Source: the human T2T-CHM13v2.0 reference genome, Homo sapiens. Taken from it: a DNA stretch of 64,000 bases. The stretch lies in assembly GCF_009914755.1 (NCBI RefSeq), contig NC_060933.1; one strand, written 5' to 3'. A model generated the notes under the pieces. It had not been told where the DNA came from. It did no database searches and saw nothing but the letters and a program-made list of their open reading frames with translations. This document shows, piece after piece, positions 22,352 to 37,597 of this stretch (position 1 is its first letter; each line of letters begins with the position of its first letter). The position numbers and the translations under genes were made by a program.

Positions 22352-24466
22352 TGAGTCTTTTTAATAGATGTTCTCAAATGGTCTTTGTGCTCATTTAATC
22401 TTCTACCAACAAAATAGGACAGGTTTTCTATTTTCCCTCCCTTGAAAAATGTGTAATTTTAGAATATTTTTGATCTTTGCCAACTGAATATTATCTCATT
22501 TTAGCTTTAACTTTTACTTCTTTTATTGTGTGAGCTTCTTTTCCTATGTCTAGAAGTTTTGTATTTCCTCTTCTATGAGCGTGTTTATGTTCTTTGCCAA
22601 CTTTTCTGTGACGTAGTAGATTATTCTCTTGTTGGTTTGCAGTAGCTCTTTCTTATATACACACACAAAAATGGCATTTTTATGTTATTTCTTCCAGATT
22701 TTTGTTTGTCCTTTAAGTGTATTTGTTTTTTATTTATTATGCATGAAAATTTGAAAGATATAATAATCTTTTATGATTTCTTAGTTTCATGTCATACTGA
22801 TAATATTCCTACTCACTCTAATATTACAAAGTAATTCCATGTTTTCTTTGTAGAATTTTGAGGTTTCAGTTTTTCATTTAAGCCATTTGCTTATCTGTAA
22901 TGCATTTTTTGTAGGACTCTATGTAATATGTGGTGAGAATCTTTACATTTTCTAGAAGATTACTCATTTTTTGAGCAATCCTTCCTTTCCCCACGACTAT
23001 CTCAACATGTACTAAATTCGCACACACATACACACACACACACATAATTTTTATATATATATGATTTAATAATGCTAGTTTTAAATGCGTTCTAGTATCT
23101 GTTAGGGGTAGTACTGCTTTATTAATAGTCCTTTAAATTTTTTAATATATTCTTGCATGCTGATTTTGCAAATTTTTTTTTTGTCTAATTCTAAACCTAA
23201 AACTTCTATTGATTTTTTTTTTAGGAGCAGGTAAAATTTATAAATTAGTTTAGAGAGAACTGATACATTTCCAATATTCTATCTTCCTGTCTGAGTTAAA
23301 GTATTCCTTCCCTTTATTCAAGCCTTCTCCTGGGTTCCACAGAAAGTTTTAAAGTTGCCTAAATGTTAGATATATCTAGTTTTTTCTTTCTGTATATTCT
23401 ATTTTTGTAGTTATTTTTGCCATTGTAAGTAGTATCTTCTCTTGTGTTATATTTACTAACTTGTTGTGTGAATCTGACATGATATTAATTTTATATTCAT
23501 CCAACTGACAGCATTCTCTAATCCTTGTCATTTCTGTCTTGGATAGGAAAGGTTTCAGTGTTTTATTTGTAAGTCTGATGGTCTCTCTCTCTCTCTTTCT
23601 TTCACTCATCATGTCAGATAAGTACCAACTGATTTTTATTTAAAGTATTAATAATTATAGATAGATGTCGGATTTTGTTAAATGACTTTTCATGCTTCAA
23701 AGAAGATAACCATGTGATATTTTTCCTTTAATCTTTTAATATAATGAGTTATATTTCATAATATTGGACTATCTTTGGTATAAACCCAATTTTGTTGTGC
23801 TGTATTTTGTATTCATGGGCTTCTGGTTTTTGTTTGCTTATATATTATTTAGATTTTTTAAAATAAAGACTCATAAGAGAAGTTAGTGCTATCATTGTTA
23901 GATTTTAGTATTAACGTTTTTCTGATTAATATTTTCTCTTTCCATAAAAGAGAATTTAAAATTGCTTATATTTTCTTAACTCCAGAAATGCTTACAGAGT
24001 ATTTGAAATATATTTTTAAAAAGTTTGGTGGAATTCAACTGAAAGACTTAATTTGATCCTCTGTAGTGAAAGGGGGTCAAGTAATTCTTTGACAGATTTG
24101 CCTGTGTTTCATGTGATCATTCATTTGTTTTGATTTTCCACTATTTCTTGGCTTTTTTGTAATTCATTTTCCTAGAAAATTATCTATTTGAGTCAGGTTT
24201 TCAAGTTAATGTGTATAGTCAAACAAAATAGCCTATTATGATCTTTTACATTTTTCTTTAGGTGGTGAATTCCTCATTGTAATTTTCCATTTATATACTT
24301 GTGCTTTTCTCTATCTTGCTTCTAAAAATGAAATTAATAGTTTATCTTTTTAAATGGTTTTATTAAGATCTAATTAGCACATCATATAATCTATCCATGT
24401 AAAGTAACTAGTGGAAGGGTTTTTCATATACTCAGAGAGTTGTGCGATCATCACTATAATTACAAC

Positions 24467-24755
24467 TTTTTTTTTTTTTGAGACCCAGGCTGGAGTGCAG
24501 TGGTGCCGTCTGGGCTCACTGCAAGCTCCGCCTTCCAGTTCACACCATTCTCCTGCCTCAGCCTCCCGAGCAGCTGGGACTACAGGCCCCTACCACAACG
24601 CCCTGCTAATTTTTTTTTTTTTTTTTTTTTGTATTTTTAGTAGAGACGGGGTTTCACCGTGTTAGCCAGAATGGTCTTGATCTCCTGACCTCGTGATCCG
24701 CCCGCCTCGCCCTCCCAAAGTGCTGGGATTACAGGCGTGAGCCACCATGCCGACC
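24467..24755 (-). mobile_element. AluY with a short internal deletion and an expanded middle A-tract
   Basis: gcaagctccgcc and ccgtgttagccag diagnostics; TSD aattacaac (24458-24466 / 24756-24764). Confidence 0.93.
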
Positions 24756-26716
24756 AATTACAACATTTTTATTATTGCAAAAGGAAACCTCATACTTAAA
24801 CCGTCACTTACAATTTCCTCCCAACCTTCTCCACTCCCGTCTGGGTAACCACCAATCTATGTTCTGCCTTATAAATTTGCCTGTTCTGGATATTTTGGAA
24901 TTATTCAGTATGTGTGTGGTCTTTGTGACTGGCTTCTATCAGTTAGCATCAAGTTTTCAGGATTCTTCCATATCGTACGATGTATAAGTACATCTTTCCT
25001 TTTCATAAGTACATCATTCCTTTTTATTGCTGAATAATATTCTACTGTATTCATATGCCACATATTATTTATCTTTTCTTCAGTTGGGGGGCATTTGCAT
25101 TGTTTTCTGTTGGTGGCTATTATGAATAATGCTGCTATGAACATTTGTGTACAAGTCTTTGTGTGAATATATGTTTTCATTTCTTTTTGGTAGATACCTA
25201 GGAGTGGAATTACTAGGTTATATGGTAATTCTGTGTTTAACATCTTGAGGAGCTACCAAACTGTTTTCCAGTGTGGGTGTGCCATTTTAAATTCTCACAA
25301 GCAATGTGTGAGTGTTCCAGTTTCTTCACATGCTTGCCAATAGTTATTACTGTCTTTGTGTCTTATTATAGCCACCTTAGTGGTGTGAAGTGATACCTCA
25401 TTGTGGTTTGATTTGCATTTCCCTTTGATAGCTAATGATGTTAAACAGCTTTACTTGTCATTTGCATATCTCTTTGGAAAAATGTCTGTTCAAATCCTTT
25501 GCCCGTTTTTTATTTGGGTGATTTGTCTCTTGAAAGTGTATACATATATTCTAGAAACAATTTCTTTATCAGACTTATTATTTGCAAATATTTTCTTATA
25601 TTCTATGGGTTGATTTTCATTTTCTTTATGGTGTCCTTTGAAGCCCAAAAGTTTTCAATGTTGAAGAAGTCTAATTTACCATTTTTTGGAGGGTAGAGGA
25701 TCATCTGTGCTTTTGGTGTTAAATTTAAGAAGGCTTTGCCTAACCCAAGGTCACAAAAATTTACTCAACACTTTCTGCTAAGAGTTTTATAACTTTGACT
25801 CATATTTAGGTCTATGATGCATTTTGAGTTAATTTTTGTGTATAGTGTAATGAGGAGGTCCAACTTCATTCAGTTGATATAGTTGTATTAGTTTATTTGT
25901 GAATTCTCATTCTATTCCAATGACTTGTCTATCCTTGTGCCACTACCATACTATTGATTAACTACAGCAATAATACAGTATGATAAAGTATTGATTAGCT
26001 ATAGCTTTGTAGTAAATTTTGAAATCAGGTTGTGTCAGTCTTCAAACTTTGTTCTTCTTTTACAATACTGTTTTGACTCTTCTGAGTCCCTTGAATTTCC
26101 ATATGAATATTGGGATCAGCTTGTCAACTTCTTCAAAACAGCCTACTAAGGATTTGACAGAGATTGTGCTGAACCTACAGGGGAGTCTGGGGGAATAGTG
26201 CCATATCAATGCAACATAAAGTCTTTCAATCTGTAAACATGAAACATCTTTCCATTTAAGTCTTTAATTTAGTTAATTTTTTTTGTAGTACAAGTTTTGT
26301 ACTTCTTGTTAAGTTTATATCTAAGAATTTTACTTTTTCATACTAGTGTAAGTGAAATTGCTTTCTTAATTTCATTTGGATTGTTTATTGCTGGTTTATT
26401 GGAAATGGAATTAATTTTTACATGTTGATCTCATACCTTAACACCTTGTTTTACTTGTTTGTTAGTTCTAACAGTTTAGGTGAATTTCTTAGGATTTTTT
26501 AATATATAAAATAGTTATCATCTGAAAATGGAGATTTTAACGTTTCTTTTCTAACTTGAATGTTTTTTAGCTCTTTTTCTTGCATAATTGCCCTTGGCGA
26601 GATCTCCATTTCAATGTTAAATGTAAATGGCCAGCATGGACATTTTTGTCTCGTTCCTGATGTTAAAGGAAAAGCTTTCCGTTTTTCGCTATCACATGTA
26701 TGATATTAGTTATGGA

Positions 26717-27004
26717 TTTTTTTTTTTTTTTTTTGAGACAGAGTCTCACTCTGTCGCCCAGGTTGGAGTGCAGTGGCACTATCTCGGCTCACTGCAAGCT
26801 CTGCCCCCCCGGGTTCATGCCATTCTCCTGCCTCAGCCTCCCGAGTAGCTGGAGCTACAGGCACTCGCCTAATTTTTTGTATTTTTAGTTGAGACGGGGT
26901 TTCACCATGTTAGCCAGGATGGTTTCGACCTCCTGACCTCGTGATCCGCCCGCCTCGGCCTCCACAAGTGCCGGGATTATAGGCATGAGCCACCACATCC
27001 CACC
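26717..27004 (-). mobile_element. AluY
   Basis: gcaagctctgcc and gccattctcc diagnostics; TSD tagttatggattttt (starts 26707 / 27005). Confidence 0.93.
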
Positions 27005-27295
27005 TAGTTATGGATTTTTTTTATGTCCATAATAACCTTTACCAGGTTGAAATAGTTTCCTACTATTGCTAATTCATTCAGGTTTCCTGTGTGGTCTAGT
27101 TGATTAATAATTTTGTGAATGTTATATGGACGCTTAAAAAAGATACCTGCTATTTTTTCATATAATAGATTCCTATATAAATCAATGAAACATATCTTAT
27201 TTATTACATTTTAGGTCTTCACTATCCTTATTTTATTTGCTTTGGCAGAGAAAAAATTTTAAAATCTCTTCGTATGAGTATATTTCTGTTTCTCC

Positions 27296-27696
27296 TTTTT
27301 TTTTTTTTTAAATTATACTTTAAGTTCTGGGATACATGTGCAGAATGTGCAGGTTTGTTACATTGTGCCATAGTGGTTTGCTGCAGGTTTGCTGCACCCA
27401 TCAACCCATCATCTACATTAGATATTTCTCCTAATGCTATCCCTCCCCTAGCCCCCCACCCCCCGACAGGCTCTGGTGTGTGATATTCCTCTCCTTGTGT
27501 CCATGTGTTCTCATTGTTCAACTCCCACTTATGAGTGAGAACATGCGGTGTTTGGTTTTCTGTTCTTGTGTTAGTTGGCTGAGAATGATGGTTTCCACCT
27601 TAATCTGTGTCTCTGCAAAAGACATGAACTCATCCTTTTTTAATGGCTGCATAGTATTCCATGGTGTATATGTGCCACATTTCCTTTATCCAGTCT
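27296..27696 (-). mobile_element. 5'-truncated L1PA7-like 3' end (~400 bp)
   Basis: attatactttaagttctgggatacatgtgcagaa; TSD tgtttctcc (27287-27295 / 27697-27705). Confidence 0.9.
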
Positions 27697-28274
27697 TGTT
27701 TCTCCATTTATGTCTTCCAGCTTTTGTTTATGAATTTTGATGTGTATTATTTTGTGTATAGCTCTTTAGGTAATCATTGTGGATTGAAGCCTCTATCATT
27801 ATAGTGTCCTTTTTGCCTTGTTTCCTGAATTTGACATTGTCTTTTATTAGAATATGACCAATGTCTTTCTTTACATTTTCATAAATGACTTTGCTCATTT
27901 TAAATTACCTTTTCTGAATGACTTTTTAAAATGTATCCCTGTTGTGTATGGTATATGGTTACATTTCCTTTGTGATTTAGTTTTAGCTTTTTTCTTGTCA
28001 ATAGGTAAGCTTATCCCATTTATATTAATTGCTTACCGTAGTCTTAATTTTACTACCAAATATTGTGGTATTCATAGTTGTGTTAATTGATTCCTTAAAA
28101 CATATTTTAATCAAATGATCTGTGATATTTTTCTTTTTGATAATTGTTTAGGTTTATGTTCTAAATTCTCTCATTTATCTTTATTATTATAACTTTCTAT
28201 AATACACTGAATTCTCATATTTTTAAAGACAGTATCTATCAAGCATTTTCTCCAATCCTTATTTCTCTAATTTT

Positions 28275-28700
28275 CTTTTATATTTATATATATATATTTT
28301 ATATATATTTTATATTTTTATATATATAAAATATACATAAATAAAAATAACTGGAATATAAATAACTGGATATAAATAACTGGAATATATATATAACTGG
28401 AATATAAATAACTGGAACAATAAAATATATATAAATAACTTGAATATAAATATAAATATAGTTATATAAATGTAACTATATTTATAAATATAGTTATATA
28501 AATATAAAAACTGGAATAATATAAATAACTGGAATAATAAAAAAATATATATTTTATATATATAACTGGTTTTATATATATGTATAAAACTGGAAGAATC
28601 ATAATCATAATATATTAGCATCTACTATAAATATATTTATACTTTTAATATTATTTATACATTGTAATAGTTGATAATTTATATTTTATATTTATAGTTC
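28275..28700. repeat. AT-rich degenerate minisatellite (ataactggaatata-like unit)
   Basis: Repeated AACTGG cores embedded in (TA)-rich spacers. Confidence 0.85.
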
Positions 28701-29607
28701 CGACAATTTGTTTAGTTTTAGGCTTGTGGCACCTGAATTGCATGATGATTGCTAGAAATTTTGTAGTAGTTTTAAAATTCATTTATCTACTTAACTTAGG
28801 TTGTTTTTCCTCTAGTAGTTTTTCCAAAAAGAGCTCATTATAATTTATATTCTTTGGGTTTTTGAAAGTTCAAAATGTTTTCCTCTTGTCTCTACATTTG
28901 AATTACTCACATTCTTCCTGTAAGATTTTTCAAGCATAGTGTCATTATATTCCATTCTTCAAAATTGCCATGGACAAACCTGAGATCAGCTTGGTATGTT
29001 TTATTATTTTAAGTGATATTTTTGCTTGAACACTCAGAGGTTTCCTTATTTTTGAAATATAATAGCGTTATTAAGATGTGTTTTTGTTGGTTGTCTTATA
29101 AGATATTCATTTTCTCTGACAGAATGGACCATTTCAATCTGTTGATCCAAGTATTTTCTTTTTGAAAGTTTTCTTGAAATATATCTCAATTTTCTTTCTC
29201 ATGTTTTGTTCTTTTCTTCAGGAACAGTGATCATATGTATAAATGTTCTCCCTAGTCTATTTTTTATTAGTGTAATTTTCCCTAAATTTACATAACTAAT
29301 TTTTGTTTCATATAACACTGCTTTTTGTGAGCTTATCTTTACTATGTTTTTATAAGACTATTATACTGTTTTTGTGTAGTGCTTATAATATGGTCTTTAT
29401 TACTTTAATGTTTTTATATTTTCTTTCCATCTTTTCTTAGCCCTGACTTCTCATACTTTACTTTCTTCTGTCATTTCACTCTATCATCACTAAGACAGAT
29501 CTCATATCTTGCATTTGTATTTTTGGGTTCTTTGATTTTGTTTTTTTAATGGCCTTTGAGTCATGGAGGTAAATTTTGTCGGGATTTTCTTCTGTCTGTT
29601 GACAGCC

Positions 29608-31018
<1,411 letters not shown>

Positions 31019-32311
31019 TAAATAATCTTTAGTTCTTTTTGAATGTTGCTTACTTTTGAATGAAATGAGTTATTGAGTTCTCAGACTGCATATGTAGGAA
31101 GTTTATGGGAAAGGGACCAAGCTGTGTTGCAGACTAGTAGGAGTTTCTGTATTTCACAGTAAGGTTATTTGTATATGAAGGTCTGCCTCTGTCTCTGTGT
31201 GTCTGTCTGCCTGTCTCTCTCTTTCTCTCTCGTGTGTGTGTGTGTGAGAGACAGTTGTTTAAGTCTTTATACATTTCTATTGTATCAGGCTTTGGACCTT
31301 TTCTTTTACTATAATTCATTAACAGACTGCTTCTTGTGAAAGTGGCATATCTGTCTATTTCTTTGTTTATTTCCCGCTACTCATCGTGGCCTGGGCATCT
31401 CATTTCTATTTTTTTAAAGATGTGATTATTGTTTTTTGCTTCTTGTAGTACCCCATCTGTTTTGGTGATTGTGCTCTCCTGACATGCTTAAGATCTGTTG
31501 CTGTAGGCTTCTTTCCTCAGGTTAATCCCACACAATTCATCATACATAGTAGTTTGGGATCAGAGATGTTTCTTAGTTTTTCCCAAACAGGACTTTGCTT
31601 CTGTTACTGTGCTTCACCTAGCTTTGGGAGTGTTATCTGAAAGAAGAGACCACCTTAACACCAGAAGTCTCTTAGTTATGTTGATCTTAATATAAAGGTG
31701 CAAAATAGCGGGAGAAATTATTAAGTGGAAGGAAATGTTAAAAGTAATTACATTAATAAAAGGGTAATAAAAAGAAGAAAAGACTGTTAGTGTTGTCATC
31801 CTTGATGTCCTCCAGGACATCATATATTGGTCTATTTTGAAACTTTCAGGGAAGTTTAAGAAAATGAATATAAGATACAACATTGCAATACTTGGCCTTA
31901 ATTTATGTCTTTGTTAATTTTTATCTTTATCATCCTGAACGAGTGACCTAACTAGTCTAAACTTCAGTTTCTTCATCTGTAAAATTTGGACAGTAATGGC
32001 TTTTTAAAGTCACCTGTCATCTAGCAGGCATTCAATAAATATCTACTGTATTTGAATATAATATGGTAGATATTTATTTCAAGTGCCTTTAAAAATTCTT
32101 TTTTTAACTAGCAGATTTTAAAAATTAAAGACATTAAAAAGTCTGAGTCTATGGTATATGAACACCATATGATCATATTATAAGAGGATTATGCCTGGGT
32201 AAATCTTTGATTTTGATAACGTACTATATCTCTAATAGTTTTCCATCTCTGTAACATTTGACTGTTTTTAAAACATCAAACTCCAGACTTTCAATGTATT
32301 TTGTAATATAG

Positions 32312-32676
<365 letters not shown>

Positions 32677-32736
32677 TGATAATACTTTTTTTTTTTTAAC
32701 TGAGTAGACAATTCTTTCTTTTTAAGGGAATTACAT

Positions 32737-32908
32737 TTCTCTCTCTCTATATATATATATGTGTGTGTATATATATTACATTTCTCTCTCTCTCTCTGTA
32801 TATACACATATATATATACACACACACACATACAGACATATACACATATGTGTGTGTGTATATGTGTGTGTGTATATATATATATATACGTGTATCTATG
32901 TGTATGTG

Positions 32909-32942
<34 letters not shown>
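32737..32942. repeat. Compound (TC)/(TA)/(CA)/(TG) microsatellite
   Basis: Read directly from the sequence. Confidence 0.95.
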
Positions 32943-34074
32943 GCCCTGATAGCAGCTAATATTAACACGTAGGGCTCCATAGTTTACATATATTCTCATT
33001 TGACTTCATTTAGTTATAAAAATCTAGGCCATGAGGTAAAGGATGGTTGACAAAAACACAGTGATTCAAACATACGGATCACTCAAAAATCTGGATTTGA
33101 ATTCTTCAGGATTTATATTCTAGAAACCTAAATTAACCAAATCCAAGTTTTCTAACTAAGATGGAAAGCCATAATAGAAAAATACCAATTTTTATGTATA
33201 TCAAATGATCTAATGTTGCTTCATGATAACACTGTAGAATTGAATAGTTTCTGAAAGACTCAAAAAAGATTAAAAGAATTTACATAACATGTAAAAGCTT
33301 ATATTTGACACCAGGAAAGTCACTTAACTTTACTGAGCTTCCATTTTCTCAAGTGTTTAAACAAAATAGTAATTCTTAACTGATCAGTTTAGATCATTGC
33401 TACATGCATTTATCTGTGGGCCAGATAACGGGCTTAAAATGTTATATAATTTGAAATCAAATGGGTTTGATGTATGAAAATGTTTTGTAAGTTGTAAAAA
33501 GTCTATACAAGTCTTAATGATTATTAGTCTTACTGAGATATTAGTTAACAAAGCAAACACTTTATTGTGCCCTCTCCTGGGTAAAATCTCACATATTTTA
33601 TAGCAGTTGTGTTTTTCAAAATATCTGTGAGAGTACTGTGTTTTATACTGTTCTTATTCAGTACACAAGACCTTCTACCTGCTAAATTTTCTATCTGTTT
33701 GCTAGTACTGTAGTTCTAAGCACTGAGTAACATGTTCCCAACTCTATCTTCCACAACATCATTGCCAAGAATGAGGCTGGGTAAATGACATGAAGAAAAC
33801 AGTTATCTAAAGTTATTTTGACAGAGGACATTCATAGGCATGTCCAAGTCCTTTTAGAATGCACCAACCAGTTTCTCCTTTCTTCAGGTACAATCTTGAC
33901 TGTATGAAAGACAGAGATATTTTTGTCTACATTTGCTAATTTTATTTTGATATATAAAGATAACAATTTAGGACTTTTTTTGTGATGAAAACTAGGAGTT
34001 TCCAAATAAAAAGTTTTGGTAAGGGCTATGTGTACTTTCTTCATCACAATTTTCTCCATCTTAAATGATGCTGT

Positions 34075-34107
34075 GTTGTGTGTGTGTGTGTGTGTATGTG
34101 TGTGTGT
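34075..34107. repeat. (TG)n microsatellite
   Basis: Read directly from the sequence. Confidence 0.9.
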
Positions 34108-34587
34108 TATGTATAATTACATCCATGTCTTAAATAGTTGGGTTTGAATCAGTTCCAACACTGATTCAACCTCTTATAAGCCATTGTATATCTATAAAAC
34201 ATGGATATTTGCAAGTTTTCAAGTTTGCTGTGAAGATTAGGGCTTGTGTATGTAAAATGCCTAGCACTCTATCTAAAATAAAGTAGGTGCAGAAAAGCGT
34301 TAATTCCCCTTTCTCAAACACTGAGGCAGTAAGTAGAACACATATTTGGAAATAGAAGAATAGGGTTAAAGCATGGACTCTGCTTCTGTGAGCTTCATGG
34401 CCTGTGAACAGTCATTAAATCTCATGGTGTTTTTTGTCCCATTGTGAAATTGTAATATCATTCTCTGCCAAGCCTTGGGTGCTGTCAAATGGGAAAAATG
34501 AGACAATGCACTTAGTAAAAGTGTATTTTGCTATAAGATGTAGTGGATTGTTAGTATTAATTATTAAATAATAATGAGTATTAATTA

Positions 34588-35590
34588 GGGAGTGTGGTAA
34601 AATAGAGCACTGGATTTGTTGTCAGAAAGCCTGGCTTCACTTTCTCTCGCTATGTGACACATTACCCAGTCTCTTGGGACTTTTATTTTGTTCAGTATAA
34701 ACCAGAAGAAAAAATATTTACCTCTATTTCTATTTTTTTAAAGAACTTCCATATTTTTTCCATAGTGGCTGCAGCAATTGACATTCCCACCAACAGTGTA
34801 CTAGAGTCTCCTTTTCTCCATGCTGTCATCATTTGTTATCTTTGTCTTTTGGTAATAGTCATCCTAACAGGTGTGAGGTAGCATCTCATTGTGGACACAG
34901 CAATTCCACTACTGGGATAGATCTAAAGGAAATGAAATCAGCACCCTGTAGAGATACCTGCACTTTCATGTTAATTGCAGCATTATTCATAGTAGCCAAG
35001 ATATGGAAACAACCTAATTCAGATGAATAAATACATTGTAGTATATGTCTATATTCAATGAAATATCATTCAGCCTTGAAAAGACAAGAAATGCTGCCAT
35101 CTACCACAACCTGGATGAACCTGTAGGACATAATGCTAAGTGAAATAAGCCAGACATAGAAAGAAAAATATCACATGATCTCACTATATGTGGAATCTAA
35201 AAAAATTTAAGTTCATGGAAACAGAGAATAAAATGGTGACTAGAAGAGGCAGGTGAAGGGAGAGCAAATGGGGAGATGTAGGTCAAAGGGATGATAGTTA
35301 ATAATATTGTATTCAAGATTTTGCTTAGAGAGTAGATTTGAGATGCTCTTGCAACAAAAACGGTGACTATGTGAGATGATGGACATGTTAATTTGCTCGA
35401 CTGCAGTGACCATTTCACAATGTGTAAGTATATCAGAACTTTATGTTGTATACCTTAAATATATACAATAAAAATATAGAAAAAAAACTTCCCTTGTAGA
35501 ATTGTTTTGAAAATTAAATCAGATAACATGTATGAAAGCACTTAGAAAGAGTTTAGCACATAGTAGGTTTTCAGTAAATGTTGGTTGATT
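34588..35590 (+). mobile_element. MIR split by an L1MA insertion (34588-34705 and 35495-35590)
   Basis: 5' part gtgtggtaaaatagagcactggattt; 3' part aaattaaatcagataacatgtatgaaagcacttag..gcacatagtagg. Confidence 0.7.
34720..35488 (+). mobile_element. L1MA8-like 3' fragment with 5' inversion (34720-34894 inverted)
   Basis: Antisense ORF2 end joins sense cagcaattccactactggg; L1MA 3'UTR ends ccttaaatatatacaataaaaa. Confidence 0.85.
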
Positions 35591-36212
35591 TTAGTTGAAT
35601 ACAGGGGGGTTTAGGTCTCCTAATAGAATTTGAAAAGTTGCATGTAAACTGGCAGTATTTACAAATCTTTCTTGTTCCTCCTAGTTTCCATATAATTTGC
35701 CATGTGAAAATACTTCCATATGCTAGAAGTTGGTCTTCATATTTTTTTCTGTAGAGGTTAAAAACATCTATAGGAAAACACAGCATAGTGTCTAGCTTGC
35801 ATGTAAATACAGGGTACACCATGTGTAAATGTCTTAATGCCATCTCCTTGGAGACACCTGTAAACAATTTTCCAGGCCCAATACCTTATTGCTGAGACTA
35901 AGTAATTCTGCAAACAAACATTTGGATTAATATGAATTCAGTTTTGGTTTACATATTTTCAGTACCTAGGATATGACAATGTGTTAATGTAGCTTTAAAA
36001 ATTATGCATTTTTATTGAGTTTCAATATATTCTCAATATCAGTTCTTTGGCAGCCCTCAAGTTCACAAGGCCAGAAAGGAGTTTCCAACTTATTTTTTAC
36101 TTTACAGCTTTCAGACCTGAATAATAGCTCTTGGAGGTAAACTACATAGAAATAACTGGGAGTTTCTATGGTACTCTGAATCCAGACATTATAAGCATGT
36201 GTCAAAATATAG

Positions 36213-36362
36213 ATCAGTGGTTTTCCACTATATAGTTCTTATTAATGCAAAGATCCTGCTACATAGTCTGGAGTAGAGCCCAAGAATCCTCATTTTAATA
36301 AACACCCTAAGAGATTTGGATGAGTGTGTTGTGCAGGATGTCTTTTGAGAGCACTAATCTAC
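36213..36362. mobile_element. MER5-like hAT-Charlie MITE remnant
   Basis: tagatcagtggttttc ... gtctggagtagagcccaagaatc..cattttaa ... ttgagagcactaatcta. Confidence 0.6.
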
Positions 36363-36650
36363 ATCCATGCCTCCAACATGACAGTACTATTGGTAAAAAG
36401 GTAAAGCACAGGAGGAATTTTCGATATGAGAAATACCCAGTGAGCCTGTACTGACACTTCCTGAGTTCAGCAATATTACATGTTTCTGTGGTTTTCTCTG
36501 GGTCTCTGCATCAAGTTCATAGTAGCACTGGTTTTCTGAGGGCCCTCCACAGTCTTGGAGCAGAACCAGGCCACTTAGCATGAAAAGGGATACCGAGATT
36601 TAATAACCAGATGACTGAAAAAGCTATTTGATCTCCAAATCTGATGTCAA

Positions 36651-37118
36651 TGTGATAGATGCGATAAATTAGTTTACTTAACACCACTTCTAATACCTTT
36701 CTCTTATACTTTCCTGTACTATATGGGCTGGAAAGCTAAAAATCCACATTCTGAGATTCTTGTCCAGCAATGATTTTACAGGTTACCTAGATTATGCTAA
36801 GCAGATAAAATTGTGAGATACTTGGAGAGCAAAGTTAATAGCCATGTGAGATCAGATGCTGTGGTAGAAATTCTGCTTACTTTCTGTTCCTGTGAGTCAT
36901 GGTTGTTAAGCAGCAGGTGACAGCAGCAGTTGGGTATCAGTCATAGAAGTTCAGTGACGTGGTTGGACGTTTCTCCTGGCCATTTTGATCCAAGTTGAGT
37001 AATATTCAGTATTATTGCATTGGACGCATCTTAAATTCTGTGACTGTCTACTATCCTCTAATATAGATCCTTCTACTTACACCAGATATGATGGCTTCTG
37101 TTGTCTGCAACTAAGCTG
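36651..37118 (+). mobile_element. Old MLT1/ERVL-type solo LTR
   Basis: TG start; ggctggaaagctaaaaatccacatt; ends ggcttctgttgtctgcaactaa. Confidence 0.5.
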
Positions 37119-37437
37119 CCTCGAGGTTAGTTAGGCTTAAAGAGTTTGTTGAGTTCAAGGCTGAAATATTTCCTCCACCTATGTATGCAGCTTATTTCCT
37201 CCACTTATGTGGAGAAATATTTTCTCCACCTATGTACTCACCTTCCTCCTCCTTCCTTTCTGCTATCAGAAACTGCCACATTATTCTAGAGTCCACAGTC
37301 TACCTCCTTTAATGGGTGACAGGATCCCAGTCCAGGCATGCTGATCTCTTAATTTGCTTATATGAACTTGGATACAAAACACTGCTGACTTTCCCAAGCA
37401 TTCATTCTTCAGTCTTTAGTTTTCTAGACATTTTTCT

Positions 37438-37597
37438 ATATATATATACACACACACATATATATACATATATATACACACATATATACACATATATATA
37501 CACATATATATACATATATACATATATACACACATATATACATATATACACATATATATATACATATATATACACATATATATATACATATATATAT
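37438..37597. repeat. (TA)/(TACA) microsatellite
   Basis: Read directly from the sequence. Confidence 0.95.

Larger units (their letters stand above)
24350..27075 (-). mobile_element. L1MB-like 3' fragment interrupted by two Alus
   Basis: 3'UTR tcagagagttgtgcgatcatcactataatt; ORF2 C-terminal remnant 24905-25243 (ELPYNLVIPLLGIY..EMKTYIHTKTC). Confidence 0.75.

Noticed and set aside
28340-28600. CRISPR-like repeat/spacer pattern
   Set aside because: The spacers are short, low-complexity and related to each other; the context is eukaryotic and there are no cas genes.
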